From: Bdellovibrionota bacterium
GTDB taxonomy: Bacteria > Bdellovibrionota > UBA1018 > CAIPTA01 > JAALKR01
NCBI GenBank assembly: GCA_965207455.1
Contig: CBDBMJ010000001.1
Location: 1-64,000, forward strand
Direction of reading: 5' to 3'
DNA: 64,000 bases
This document shows positions 52,487 to 63,272 of the stretch, piece by piece (within the stretch, counting starts at the first letter, position 1; each line of letters starts with the position of its first letter). The notes below the pieces were generated by a model. It searched no databases, was not told the DNA's origin, and saw only the letters and a program-made list of their open reading frames with translations. The position numbers and the translations under genes are program-made.

Positions 52487-53808
52487 AAGAGTCTGTGTTT
52501 TCTTATTCTTTGCCAAATTTTTTAAAGGAACAGGATCCGGAAATTGCCCAAGCTATGGGTTTAGAGCTTTCTCGTCAGGAGGAGGGTTTAGAACTCATTG
52601 CTTCGGAAAATTATGTGAGTGAATCGGTGATGGCTGCCATGGGTTCCATACTTACCAATAAATATGCGGAAGGCTATCCAGGTAAACGCTACTATGGAGG
52701 CTGCCAGCATGTGGATACCTGTGAGACCCTTGCCTGTGATCGACTACGAGAACTTTTTTCTTGCGACGATAACTCTTCCCATCCCTATATGGCAAATGTT
52801 CAGCCCCATAGTGGAGCTCAGGCCAATATGGCTGTGTTTTTAGCCATGCTGGAACCAGGGGATAGTTTGTTGGGTTTGGATTTAAGTCATGGTGGTCACC
52901 TCACCCACGGTTCTCCCGTAAATTTTTCTGGAAAATTATTCCGCTCCCATCACTATGAAGTGGATAAAGAAACGGAACTCCTAAACTACGAGTCTATTTA
53001 TAGGCAAGCCATGGAGTTCAAACCAAAAATGATTATAGGGGGAGCTAGTGCCTATTCCCAGTTATGGGATTTTGAAAAACTAAGCAAGATTGCAAAAGAA
53101 GCAAACGCATACTTGCTGGTAGACATGGCTCATATTGCTGGACTTGTGGCCGCAGGCCTGCACCCATCGCCCATTGGTCACGCCGACTTTATAACTAGCA
53201 CTACCCACAAAACTCTCCGAGGTCCCCGGGGAGGAATTATTTTGTCCAAGCCGGAGTATGCAAAAAAAATAAACTCCGCTGTATTTCCGGGCATGCAGGG
53301 TGGTCCACTGATGCATGTGATTGGAGCAAAAGCAGTTGCCTTTCAAGAGGCGCTCTCTCCTAAGTTTAAGCAATACCAAGGGAGGGTTTTGGAAAATGCC
53401 TCTGCCTTGGCAAACAGTTTAGCGTCTGGGGGCTTACGTATTGTCAGTGGGGGAACAAAAAATCACCTTGTTTGTGTGCACACCAAGGAACTTACGGGTA
53501 AGGAAGTGGAGCGAGTACTGGATACTGTGCATATTACCGTGAATAAAAATACAATTCCCTTTGAAACCCGATCTCCTTTTGTTACCAGCGGAATTCGTTT
53601 GGGCACTCCTGCGGTAACCACCCGTGGGCTGGGTGTGAAGGAAATGAACCAAATAGGCCAGGCCATTGCTACCGTATGCAAAGAATTAGCCCAACAAACA
53701 GACACTACACAGGAGCGCACACTTTCAAGTGCCACCACGAGGAATGTGCAAGAGTTGGTGGCAGAAATATGCTATGCATTTCCTGTGTATGGTTTGAAAA
53801 CGCGTTAG
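52483..53808 (+). CDS. glyA: Serine hydroxymethyltransferase
   Basis: [34 protein letters not shown]. Confidence 0.97.
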   Translation: MKESVFSYSLPNFLKEQDPEIAQAMGLELSRQEEGLELIASENYVSESVMAAMGSILTNKYAEGYPGKRYYGGCQHVDTCETLACDRLRELFSCDDNSSHPYMANVQPHSGAQANMAVFLAMLEPGDSLLGLDLSHGGHLTHGSPVNFSGKLFRSHHYEVDKETELLNYESIYRQAMEFKPKMIIGGASAYSQLWDFEKLSKIAKEANAYLLVDMAHIAGLVAAGLHPSPIGHADFITSTTHKTLRGPRGGIILSKPEYAKKINSAVFPGMQGGPLMHVIGAKAVAFQEALSPKFKQYQGRVLENASALANSLASGGLRIVSGGTKNHLVCVHTKELTGKEVERVLDTVHITVNKNTIPFETRSPFVTSGIRLGTPAVTTRGLGVKEMNQIGQAIATVCKELAQQTDTTQERTLSSATTRNVQELVAEICYAFPVYGLKTR

Positions 53809-53818
53809 GGAGAGAGCA

Positions 53819-54757
53819 ATGAATATTCTTATTGTATCGGATCCTATTCAAGGTCTTCATCCCGAATCGGACACAGGACTATCCATGCTTCGTTATTCTT
53901 TGATGAAAGGAAGTTCAGTCTTTTGGTGTATTGTCGATGATATTTCCGCAGAAAATTTCACTCTGGTGGTGCAAGCTCAAAAGGTGCAGTCCTGTGAGAG
54001 AAAACAATTGCCAGAGTTGGATCCACCTGAGCCACAAAACCTTGATTTTTTTCATACGGTTTGGATTCGTAAGGACCCTCCTTTCGACGGGTCGTATGTA
54101 ACCCTTTGTTGGTTGTTATGCTTGCGGGAAGGGAAGCAGCTTTTTATTAACTCACCATCGCTACTTCTTCGTCACCATGAAAAGTTTCTTCCGTTAGAGG
54201 CACTGGATGGCGGCTTTCTTTTGGAAAGGGATATTATTCCCACATGGGTTTGTGGTTCTTCTAGTGGAGACAGTAAGTCGCCTAGCTTTCTTTCTGGAGA
54301 GGTGATCCGCAAGCCATGGTTTGGTCATGGGGGCGCAGGAGTGCAAAAATTTTCATCCATAGAAGAGGCATTGAAAGATAGCTCTTCCCTTCATTATATT
54401 TACCAACCCTTTCTTCCCATGGTTACCCAAACAGGAGACAAAAGAATTTTTTTCTTCGACGGTGAGTATATGGGAGATTTTGTGCGTATTCCGAAAAAAG
54501 GCTCCATAGTGGCAAACCTTGCCCAAGGGGGGCATGGAATTTTAAAACCATTGAAGCCAGAGGAAAAAAATACCTGCGATCGGGTGGGTAAATTTTTAAA
54601 GCATTTGGGCATTGCTATTGCTGGAGTGGACATGATCGACGGGAAAATTTCAGAAATTAATATTACTGCACCCACTGGTTTTGAAACATTAAGAGAATTG
54701 GGTGGTCCTCCCATGGATGAAAAATTTTTTCAAATGGTGGAACGTCAACTTACATAA
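53819..54757 (+). CDS. gshB: Glutathione synthetase (ATP-grasp)
   Basis: RKDPPFD, EK, GDKRI, NLAQGG, EINITAPTG. Confidence 0.85.
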   Translation: MNILIVSDPIQGLHPESDTGLSMLRYSLMKGSSVFWCIVDDISAENFTLVVQAQKVQSCERKQLPELDPPEPQNLDFFHTVWIRKDPPFDGSYVTLCWLLCLREGKQLFINSPSLLLRHHEKFLPLEALDGGFLLERDIIPTWVCGSSSGDSKSPSFLSGEVIRKPWFGHGGAGVQKFSSIEEALKDSSSLHYIYQPFLPMVTQTGDKRIFFFDGEYMGDFVRIPKKGSIVANLAQGGHGILKPLKPEEKNTCDRVGKFLKHLGIAIAGVDMIDGKISEINITAPTGFETLRELGGPPMDEKFFQMVERQLT

Positions 54758-54767
54758 GCTGGGAAAT

Positions 54768-56036
54768 TTAGGAAAAATGCTTTTTAGCTAGGTTGGAAAA
54801 GGCTTGCCCCCGTTCTTCAAAGTTTTTAAATTCGTCATAGCTCGTACCACCTGGGCTTAATAATACGGTATCTCCTGGTTTCGTTATGGATGGAATATTT
54901 TCCATGGCGCTTGCTAAAGAAGAGCATTCCATGCCCTCCATGCCTGTACGTGTTTTAATCTTTTGAGCCGACTCTCCAAAAAACACACAATAAAGATTGG
55001 GAAGGGAATGGAGGTATTGCAATTCCTCCCAGGGAAGGTTTTTATCTCGACCACCTAAGAGGAGAATAGTCTTTTTCCCCTGCTCTTGGCCTAAACTTTC
55101 CACAGCCGTGCGTATGCTTTGAATAGTAGTGGACTTGCTGTCGTTGATAAAAGAAATATTTTTATATTGCCCCACATTTTCCATGCGATGGGGAAGACCG
55201 GAAAAATCGAGCATGCCTTTTTTATAGGATTCTGGCCAGCCACAATTTTTGGCAATCGTACTGGCAAGGGCAAGGTTGTCTTTACCGTGTTTGCCTAAAA
55301 GTTTGGCATGTTTCCATTCCTCCTGTGTGAACGTGTCTTCCTTTGACCAGACAAAAGGGATGGAAATGTGGTTTTGTGCGTATTTTTTTAAATCACCTCC
55401 CCTAGCGTTTCCAAACATTTTTTTCTTTGTATGGCGAGTAAGGGACCACTTACAAGCATAATAGACGTTTAAATCTTTATACCTTTCCAGATGGTTGGGA
55501 GCAAAATAGGTAAACACACCATAATCGCACTCTAATCCCTTAGAATTTTCCAATTGAAAACTGGAGAGTTCCAATACAATCCATTGTGCTCGTTCTCTTT
55601 TCTTTTTTCTGAGAGCCAGCGCATAATCACCCAAAGGGATTCCGATATTTCCTCCCATACAATACGGTAAGCGGGAAGTTTCCAGCCCTGCGCCCAAAAG
55701 GGAAACAACGGTGCTTTTTCCCAGCGACCCGGTAACTCCAATAATTTTCTCGTCGCTGATATCTTCAAGCGCTAGACTTAATTCACTACTAATGTGATGG
55801 CCTTCTTGTTTGGCAAAGGTTTGGATCCATGGGGTGCTAAGGGGTATGCCTGGAGAGACAATTAATGTTCGAGGATTAGCTTTTTGAAGCATTTTTTTCT
55901 CGCATTGGAATTCTCCAAGGGAGGGGTCTTTATCAAAGGTTACTAATTTGTTGTTGGGAATTCCCCGTGCTTGTAATAGGGCGTGGGCAGATTGTCCGCT
56001 CAATCCCATACCAATGAGGGCAATTGGATTGTCCAT
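54768..56036 (-). CDS. murD: UDP-N-acetylmuramoyl-L-alanine--D-glutamate ligase
   Basis: SPGI, GVTGSLGKST, ELSSFQL, HRME, NDSKST, GGRDK, LLSPG..F..RG. Confidence 0.93.
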   Translation of the reverse strand: MDNPIALIGMGLSGQSAHALLQARGIPNNKLVTFDKDPSLGEFQCEKKMLQKANPRTLIVSPGIPLSTPWIQTFAKQEGHHISSELSLALEDISDEKIIGVTGSLGKSTVVSLLGAGLETSRLPYCMGGNIGIPLGDYALALRKKKRERAQWIVLELSSFQLENSKGLECDYGVFTYFAPNHLERYKDLNVYYACKWSLTRHTKKKMFGNARGGDLKKYAQNHISIPFVWSKEDTFTQEEWKHAKLLGKHGKDNLALASTIAKNCGWPESYKKGMLDFSGLPHRMENVGQYKNISFINDSKSTTIQSIRTAVESLGQEQGKKTILLLGGRDKNLPWEELQYLHSLPNLYCVFFGESAQKIKTRTGMEGMECSSLASAMENIPSITKPGDTVLLSPGGTSYDEFKNFEERGQAFSNLAKKHFS

Positions 56037-56037
56037 C

Positions 56038-56805
56038 TTATTGGAAGTCATTCTTGAGTTTCCGTATTTTTGTAAATACATCCACGGGATTGGATCCCAA
56101 CATATTCAGGCGCTGTTGTATTTCAGTGGTATCGGCTCTCAGGAAAGGGTTCGCTTCGCACTCGTCCTGTAGGGTTGTGGGGACAGTGGGAAGTCCTGCA
56201 TTTGCCTGCTTCTGGGCTCTTTTCACATATTTTTTTAGTTTTGCATTTTCCGGGTCAATATACTCGGCAAACCTGGCATTCTTTACTGTATATTCATGAC
56301 CGCAGTAGACTTTGGTGTCGGCAGGTAGTTTCCGCAAGCGGTCTAGGCTATGCCACATTTGTTGGGGAGTGCCTTCAAATAAAAAGCCACAACCTAGGGT
56401 GAAGAGAGTGTCTCCACAGAACAAGGCCTTGGATTGGGAAAAATAAAAAGCGGTGTGCCCGGTGGTATGTCCCGGAACATGTATGGCTGTTGCTGGAGAA
56501 CCTTTCCAGTTAAAACTTTCTCCGTCGCCCAGAGTATGGTCTATTCCTGGAATGCGATCTTTATCTGAGGCCGGTCCCACAATAGTACAGCCCGTGGCTT
56601 TTTTTATTTCCAGATTGCCATTTGTATGATCCCAGTGGTGATGAGTATTGAGAATGAAATCTAATTTTTTCTTTTTTTGCTCCAGCAGCTCCAAAATAGG
56701 GGCACTCTCGGAAGGATCAATGATGGCAGTTTGACCCGCAGTATCTTCCAGAAAATAAGCGTAGTTATCTTCTAAAAGAGGAATAAGCTCGATAGCCATG
56801 GTCAT
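56038..56805 (-). CDS. gloB: Hydroxyacylglutathione hydrolase (glyoxalase II)
   Basis: THHHWDH, GHTTGH, GDTLFTLGCG, CGHEYT, NPFLR. Confidence 0.95.
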   Translation of the reverse strand: MTMAIELIPLLEDNYAYFLEDTAGQTAIIDPSESAPILELLEQKKKKLDFILNTHHHWDHTNGNLEIKKATGCTIVGPASDKDRIPGIDHTLGDGESFNWKGSPATAIHVPGHTTGHTAFYFSQSKALFCGDTLFTLGCGFLFEGTPQQMWHSLDRLRKLPADTKVYCGHEYTVKNARFAEYIDPENAKLKKYVKRAQKQANAGLPTVPTTLQDECEANPFLRADTTEIQQRLNMLGSNPVDVFTKIRKLKNDFQ

Positions 56806-57082
56806 AGCTTCTTTATATCATATTATGATATTTTTTTACATTGCGTAGTATACAGCACCCACTTGGCTGTTGAAAAATAGTATAGTCGAATAAAAATTCA
56901 ATATGATATTTGCTCAATGAGAAGATATGGCAAATTCTAAACTGCCGAGTGCGTTAAAATATTCTTTATTTAGTTGTGCCAAGAACATAGTGTGTTGAAT
57001 AAATTGCAAAATTCATCGATAAAATGATTAAAAATACGATTAAAAACAAAATAAACGAAACTAAAATAAAGGAGAATAAAAA

Positions 57083-57643
57083 ATGATGAAAAATAATATA
57101 AAACACTATGTACTGATATTTTTATGTGCGTTTTCTGTGTCAGCAATGGCCGATGTACAGAATAATGGTCCGTTAGATCATGGGGCGAGTGATAAATCTT
57201 ACTTCGATCAACTGGGAGAGGCTTTTGACAATGCAGCACCAGTACAGGAGAGTGATGTTCTTGATTGGACAAGTGGACGATGCTTTTATAAAAGCACACC
57301 AAACAGGGCTAGGAACTCATTAATTGCTGGATTTATTGATGATGATTTGGTTGATTACGGCTTAACTCCGCGACATAAATATTCAATCATTGAGAGTAGC
57401 TCCACACATGCGAACTACTTTGATAATTTTATTGATGACAATCCTAACTTAGTAGAACTTATGGAGAGTCTTATAATAAATGAAGCAAAACCATCAACTC
57501 AGGAGGACGGAAGCCTTGTAGCTTATTTTAGTTCTAATACTAGATGGAATGTAAGGAAAGGAACAATAGGTCTAGAGTCAGATACAGAATATCTTTTGTT
57601 AGGAATATCCTATCCAGATGGCACAAAAGTCACTCCATACTGA
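57083..57643 (+). CDS. Orphan secreted protein; last codons truncated by the IS630 remnant
   Basis: SD aaggag; signal peptide; paralog of 59303-59887; stops at the position of the paralog's YCYY motif. Confidence 0.7.
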   Translation: MMKNNIKHYVLIFLCAFSVSAMADVQNNGPLDHGASDKSYFDQLGEAFDNAAPVQESDVLDWTSGRCFYKSTPNRARNSLIAGFIDDDLVDYGLTPRHKYSIIESSSTHANYFDNFIDDNPNLVELMESLIINEAKPSTQEDGSLVAYFSSNTRWNVRKGTIGLESDTEYLLLGISYPDGTKVTPY

Positions 57644-58876
57644 AAATAACTATGACGATCCGTGAACTTGATATATCCGTTCGATAATACGAAAGTGTAG
57701 CAGATTCCCCGGATGGCTCACCATCTGGATAAAATTAAGTCATTTTTCATCTGAGCCATAGATATGAACTGCCTGTAATAAACTCAAGCCACGTCTTTTT
57801 GCGGAATGGATCTTAAAATATGAGAGTTTCTAAAGTCCGAGTGCAGAGCTTCTTAATAGCCGTCACTATCACAGAATGGATTCCATGCTTCACAACAGGT
57901 ATTCACAATATGCTCATAGTTTTTAAAACAAGTATTAGATAATTTTATTTTCCGGAGCTGTTGCCATACTTGCGTAGGATTGAGTCTCTGGGGTGGAGGT
58001 ACATTAAGGAAATATTTTTGGGAATAATCAATGCTCTGTTGTATGCCAGCTTGCCCTATCCATTAGAATAATCCCATGGTACCCCTCTTGAACTTCTTCG
58101 GAAATTTGCAAGTGAATTTTCATTCCAGAATTACATTCCGGCAAAATAAGTGCACAGCCAACATCTCTGTTGGGCAAACTGCTCCAAAAATATAGGTCGA
58201 TAAAAATTGTCTTCTTGGTCTTGTTCCCTTCGCAGCCCAAATTCTAGAAAGACTTCCCTGTTGCCCTACCCGGCATTCATCTTGCCACCAAATCTCTATT
58301 TTTTCAGAATCCAGCTTTTCTTTTATTTTCTCCGTTGCCTCTGGGAACTTTGCCTTTGTTCAATTGCTTCCACTTTGCTTGTCCGGATATCCAAACAATA
58401 TTAAGCCTATCTAGGAGAGCATACACTCCCGATAACGAATAACAGGAGTCGAATTTATTGCTAATAAATCCCGAATCTCCTGTTATCCTTCCACCATCCT
58501 TAGATTCTTGGAGATCCAGCTCTAATTTTGATTCCTCTGCATCAGGGGGTAAGCGAGGCTTTCTGCCACGACCTTCTCTACATATAAGACCCTCATAGTC
58601 ATAGGCTGCAAAACGCTCTAGCCAAGATTTCACAGATTTGTCACTATACCGAACAATACATGCAACTTCCTCGACTGTTTTCCCTTCTTGAAAATTTAAT
58701 AGAGCCAGCAACTTTACTTTTATTGAAGTTCTTTCCACCTTGTAGGTAGCTAAGAAATTATAATCATGAATTTTACTGGTTAGTTCCTTTATTTTTAGCA
58801 CTCAAAAAGAATAACCCCATTTTATCAAAAACACTCCCAGTGCGTCAGAAAACCGTAGTTATTTTCTGTAAGTATA
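57637..58876 (-). mobile_element. Decayed IS630-family element (multiply frameshifted transposase)
   Basis: HTH part 58304-58801 (GRGRKPRL..YSLSGVYALL..IVWISG); DDE fragments WWQDECRVGQQG and MDRASWH; end repeats gaaaataacta (57642) and tagttattttc (58856). Confidence 0.8.
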
Positions 58877-58887
58877 ATAAACAACAA

Positions 58888-58919
58888 AATCCTCTGTCCT
58901 CGTAATAGGCAGGGGATTT
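58888..58919 (+). terminator. Terminator originally belonging to the 57083 gene
   Basis: aaatcctctgtcctcgtaataggcaggggattt, homologous to the terminator at 59913. Confidence 0.6.
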
Positions 58920-59302
58920 GAACGCAAATGCAGGGCTGCGACGCGTGAGGTCTCTGTGACAAAAAAATCTCGAGAAAGTTATCCCTATTAAAGCAATTTA
59001 AAAAAGGAAGAAAAACTTACTATATAGGTTCTGGGTTTCATTTAGGTAATTAAACGCCTGTTACTTTGCTTTGTTTCCATTTCTGCTTTTATATTCAAAG
59101 CAATTTTTTTGTAATATTCCATCATTTGTGGATCCTTGGATTAACGCTAATTGACATAAATTTTTTTTATTACAGGGAACAAATAATATCATTATATTTA
59201 TTTTTAAGTTTGTCCGATAGTAACTACAGAAGCAAAATCAATTTAACATGGCTTATGGACACTTGCTTTCGTGTATTAAGTCAAAAAGAAAGGAATAGAA
59301 TT

Positions 59303-59887
59303 ATGAAAAGTATAATAGCAGTAATTTTTTTATGTACGTTTTCCGTAACAGCAGCAGCAACAATGCAGGAGCGAGATAATGGTCCGTTAGATCATGGGGC
59401 AAGTGATAACACTTACTTCGGTCAACTAGAAGAGGCTTTCAATAATGCAGCGCCAGCACAGGAGAGTGATGTTCTTGGTTGGACAGCTGGACGATGCTTT
59501 TATAAAGATCAACCAAACTTTGCTAAGAACGGAGCACTTGCTGGATTTACGGCTAGCGGTCATCCAGCTGGTCCTGGATTAGAGTCAGATCATATGTATG
59601 TAACCATGAACTCTCCGCTCAAAGCAGAGAGTTATTATGACGATTTTGCGCCGTCTGGCCACGACAATCTTATGGCAATAGTTGCCGCATCAAGATCAGC
59701 GCAGAGGGATGGAAGTCTTGTGGAGAGTCATCCTAGATTCGCTAACACGCACGCCATAAGAAAGGGAGTGATAATAGGTCCAAAATCAGATACAGAGTAT
59801 CTCCTGTCAAGAGGCAATAATAAACATGTTATCGGAGTCGCCTACAGCTACTGCTATTACTTTAAGAAATTAGATTTTAAAGACTAA
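59303..59887 (+). CDS. Orphan secreted protein (intact paralog)
   Basis: SD aagga; signal peptide; NGPLDHGASD..AAPAQESDVLGWTAGRCFYK shared with 57083. Confidence 0.75.
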   Translation: MKSIIAVIFLCTFSVTAAATMQERDNGPLDHGASDNTYFGQLEEAFNNAAPAQESDVLGWTAGRCFYKDQPNFAKNGALAGFTASGHPAGPGLESDHMYVTMNSPLKAESYYDDFAPSGHDNLMAIVAASRSAQRDGSLVESHPRFANTHAIRKGVIIGPKSDTEYLLSRGNNKHVIGVAYSYCYYFKKLDFKD

Positions 59888-59912
59888 AAATATTCCAATA
59901 GCAAATCAAAAT

Positions 59913-59948
59913 GAAATCCTCTGCTTAGTAACAGGCAGGGGATTTTTT
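59913..59948 (+). terminator. Intrinsic terminator
   Basis: aaatcctctgctt..aggcaggggatttttt. Confidence 0.7.
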
Positions 59949-60059
59949 GTTTCATGTCTTGGCTATCAACGCAAATAAAAACATTGGATATTAAAAATAG
60001 AATTTTTTTTCATCTTATAGTAGTTTAGGAGCTATATAAAAACAGATAGGAGACTTTAT

Positions 60060-60410
60060 ATGAACAATGAAAATCGAGAAAAAAATGATTTAGGTATTTG
60101 GGAGATAGGGGTAGACGAGGTGCGTGAGAACCGTAACGCTCTTCAATTAGTGGACGTGCGAGAGCCAGACGAGTTTGTGGGAGAACTGGGTCATATCGAC
60201 GGAGCAAACTCATCTTCCATACAAACAGCCCTAATGGATTACCTTCCCACCCTGTCCAAAGAACAAACCTATGTATTTATTTGCAGGAGCGGTAAGCGTT
60301 CTTCCCGAGCGGCTAAGCTGGCAGTAGAGCAAGGCTTCCCCCATGTTTATAATATGAAGGGTGGCATGATGGAGTGGAATCGCCGTTCTTTTCCCGTAAC
60401 CTCGGATTAA
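60060..60410 (+). CDS. Rhodanese-like domain protein
   Basis: [29 protein letters not shown]. Confidence 0.9.
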   Translation: MNNENREKNDLGIWEIGVDEVRENRNALQLVDVREPDEFVGELGHIDGANSSSIQTALMDYLPTLSKEQTYVFICRSGKRSSRAAKLAVEQGFPHVYNMKGGMMEWNRRSFPVTSD

Positions 60411-62527
60411 AGGCGGTAGGGCTTGTGGTCCTCAGCCATTTTCTTTAATTTTTTTATTTCTGTTGTGGGTTGCTTGCAGGTATGGTTTTCACAAACATAG
60501 GCAGTGGTTTTTTTATCGATTATTTTCTTTCCCCAAAATAGGGGAGAGGAGCTTTTATCCTCGAAGGGAGTTCCTTGTCCCATGGCCACCACTTTGTTTG
60601 GTAAAAAAGAATGATATATCCAAGAACGCATTTCGTTTGTTGGGGTAAGGGCAGATTTTTCGTCTATAATTACTAATTCTTTGGTTTGGTCCAGGTAGTA
60701 GTCCAGTGCTATGAGTCCTTGGGCGTAGCCGCTGGGAGATCGCACATAAAATCGAGAAAGAAATGTTAGTAATTCCTTGGCTCTTTGTTTATAGGTTTCT
60801 TGAAAGGTAAAACCTTGGAGTCGCAAAAGATTTAAGGCAGCAATGGTATTGCCGGAGGGGATGGCTCCATCGTAGGTATCTTTGCGTTTGTAGATGAGGG
60901 TGCTGTCCGACGATTCGCTGGTAAAGTATCCACCTTCCTTAGTGTCCCAGAAAAGCTTGTCCTGTGTTTTTTGCAGGTCGATAGCCCAGTCTAGCCACTC
61001 TTGATTGAAGTCACTTTCATATAAATGGAGTAGGCCATAGATGAGAAAAGCATAATCGCTAATTGTTCCAGAGAACCGACTATCTCCATCCCTATATCGT
61101 CTCAGTAATACATTATTTTTCCAAAGATTTTCTTTCAAAAATCGTGCACTTTTTTGAGCTGCTTTTTTGTAGCGAACATCTTGGGTAATTTGAAATCCTC
61201 GAGACAGAGCCGCAATCATTAAGCCGTTCCAGGCAGTGAGCACTTTGTCGTCCTTATGGGGATTTTCTCGCTGAGAACGTTTTTGAAAGAGTTTTTTTCT
61301 AGCTGCAACCATGGGCGCTTGCTGGCTTTTATTCCAATCTGTTTCGGGATCAATATTTAAAATACTATGTCCTTCAAAATTTCCTTTGGAGGTAACACCA
61401 TAAAAAGAAATGAGTGGAGCAGCGTTTGTTTTACCTAAGATTTGTTCTATCTCCTCCATTGTCCAAACATAAAACTCACCTTCTTTGCCCACCTCTCCTG
61501 CATCTTGGGCAGAATAAAATCCACCTTGTGGATGGGTCATTTCTTTTAGCACATAATCTAGGGTTTCCTTTGCCACTGACTTGTACATTTCTTTTTTTGT
61601 TACTTGCCATGCCTCTAAGTAGGTAAAGGCAAGGAGTGCATTATCATAGAGCATTTTTTCAAAATGGGGAGCTAGCCATTTCTTGTCTGTGGAATAGCGA
61701 TGAAAGCCTCCTCCCAGTTGATCATAGATGCCTCCGGAGGCCATGCTATCCAAGGTATGGGTGACCATTTGTAGGGCCTCTTTGTTTCCTGTTCGACGAT
61801 AAATTCTTAATAAAAGAGAAATTCCCATGCTGGGGGGAAATTTAGGAGCGGATCCAAAGCCACCGTCGATGGGATCGAATCGACCTTTTAGTTCCAAGAA
61901 CGCCTTCTTTAATGTTTCTTCACTTAAACTAATGGGAGAGTTCAGTTGTGCTTTTTCAAAATGGTCAAGAATTTTTTGTCCTGAATCTATTATGGCAGGT
62001 TGATCGTTTTTCCAAGCGTTTTGTATTTGTGACAGGAGGTTTAGAAACTGATCTTTGGGAAAATAGGTTCCACCAAAAAAAGGGTTTCCGTTGGGTGTTA
62101 AAAACACGCTCATGGGCCATCCACCTCTACCCGTAAGTGCTGTAACGGCATCCATATAAATATCATCCACATCCGGGCGTTCTTCTCTATCCACTTTAAT
62201 ACTAATGAAATTACGATTTAAAACATCAGCCACGTCCTGTTGTTCAAAAGATTCTTTTTCCATTACATGGCACCAGTAGCAAGTGGAATAGCCGATGGAC
62301 AGAAAAATGGGTTTATTTTCTTTTTGAGCGGACTGGAAGGCTTCCTCTCCCCAAGCATACCAATGCACGGGGTTTTCCCTGTGTTGTAATAGGTAAGGGC
62401 TTTTCTCTTTTCCCAGTCGGTTGTATTTTTTCTCCATATTTATACCTCCCGTATCCACATAATACCCGAAAGCTACCCAAAGGGAGAGACAAAGGAAGGA
62501 GCTTAGGAGAATTATTTTTTTATTCAT
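60407..62527 (-). CDS. YyaL/SPATA20 (DUF255) thioredoxin-domain protein; alternative start at 62437
   Basis: [49 protein letters not shown]. Confidence 0.92.
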   Translation of the reverse strand: MNKKIILLSSFLCLSLWVAFGYYVDTGGINMEKKYNRLGKEKSPYLLQHRENPVHWYAWGEEAFQSAQKENKPIFLSIGYSTCYWCHVMEKESFEQQDVADVLNRNFISIKVDREERPDVDDIYMDAVTALTGRGGWPMSVFLTPNGNPFFGGTYFPKDQFLNLLSQIQNAWKNDQPAIIDSGQKILDHFEKAQLNSPISLSEETLKKAFLELKGRFDPIDGGFGSAPKFPPSMGISLLLRIYRRTGNKEALQMVTHTLDSMASGGIYDQLGGGFHRYSTDKKWLAPHFEKMLYDNALLAFTYLEAWQVTKKEMYKSVAKETLDYVLKEMTHPQGGFYSAQDAGEVGKEGEFYVWTMEEIEQILGKTNAAPLISFYGVTSKGNFEGHSILNIDPETDWNKSQQAPMVAARKKLFQKRSQRENPHKDDKVLTAWNGLMIAALSRGFQITQDVRYKKAAQKSARFLKENLWKNNVLLRRYRDGDSRFSGTISDYAFLIYGLLHLYESDFNQEWLDWAIDLQKTQDKLFWDTKEGGYFTSESSDSTLIYKRKDTYDGAIPSGNTIAALNLLRLQGFTFQETYKQRAKELLTFLSRFYVRSPSGYAQGLIALDYYLDQTKELVIIDEKSALTPTNEMRSWIYHSFLPNKVVAMGQGTPFEDKSSSPLFWGKKIIDKKTTAYVCENHTCKQPTTEIKKLKKMAEDHKPYRL

Positions 62528-63272
62528 TTGTTACGTTAGAAATCTTTAGGCAATGATGCTGTATAAGAAATTGGATTAGGTTTGTTATTTGAAGTTTTGT
62601 TTTTTCTTGTTCTATAAGTTGGGCTAGGGATTTTAGGGGAGTACTCTTCTGCGCACTCAACAAGAAAGACCAAAGATCCAGGCTAAATGTTTGGTAATAT
62701 ATTGTTTCCTGCTGACGAACAATTACCAGAACGCTTTCTTTTTCTGGGGTAATTTCTCCTTCTTTGCGGTGGAGTGTGGCTAACCAAATTTGTTGCACAG
62801 GATGGGATATTTTCATGATCTTTGCATTCACTAGTCGTATGCTTTGATCATCTTCTAATTGGTTGAGTTCTCGTACATATTCTGTTTGCGGTGTCTCTAG
62901 GAAGAGTTCTTTTATTTTCCATTCCAAGCGGGCGAGTTCAGGTAGGAATGGAATTTCTTCTACCAGTTCTTTCAGGCTGTGGAGGTAGTCGGGAAAGGAA
63001 GAACCGTAATCGATAATGTTTGGGCTTACTAACGAGTTCGTTTGAATATAGCGAGGAGTAATTTTTTTAAAGAAATCTTCTCCCAGTATTTCTTGAATGG
63101 CTTCAAATGTATTGGCAAGAGATTCATTTAGATTTTGAAAATAATTATTTTGATAGATACTGATAGCTTGACTTACAGATAGATCACCACATGCAGTTAA
63201 TGTTTCTGAGGAGATGGGAGTGTTTTTTCCAAAATGTAAAAATTTTTCCTGAAATTCTGTATTAGTTTTCAT
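62520..63272 (-). CDS. DUF2063 (HvfC/BufC-like) partner protein
   Basis: IYQNNY..L...F....LGE..F....YI..YG..F..L..ELARLEW; directly downstream of DUF692. Confidence 0.75.
   Translation of the reverse strand: MKTNTEFQEKFLHFGKNTPISSETLTACGDLSVSQAISIYQNNYFQNLNESLANTFEAIQEILGEDFFKKITPRYIQTNSLVSPNIIDYGSSFPDYLHSLKELVEEIPFLPELARLEWKIKELFLETPQTEYVRELNQLEDDQSIRLVNAKIMKISHPVQQIWLATLHRKEGEITPEKESVLVIVRQQETIYYQTFSLDLWSFLLSAQKSTPLKSLAQLIEQEKTKLQITNLIQFLIQHHCLKISNVTNE

Noticed and set aside
59066..59302. 79-aa N-terminal extension of the 59066 ORF
   Set aside because: It is AT-rich intergenic sequence; the SD, signal peptide and paralog alignment give the start at 59303.
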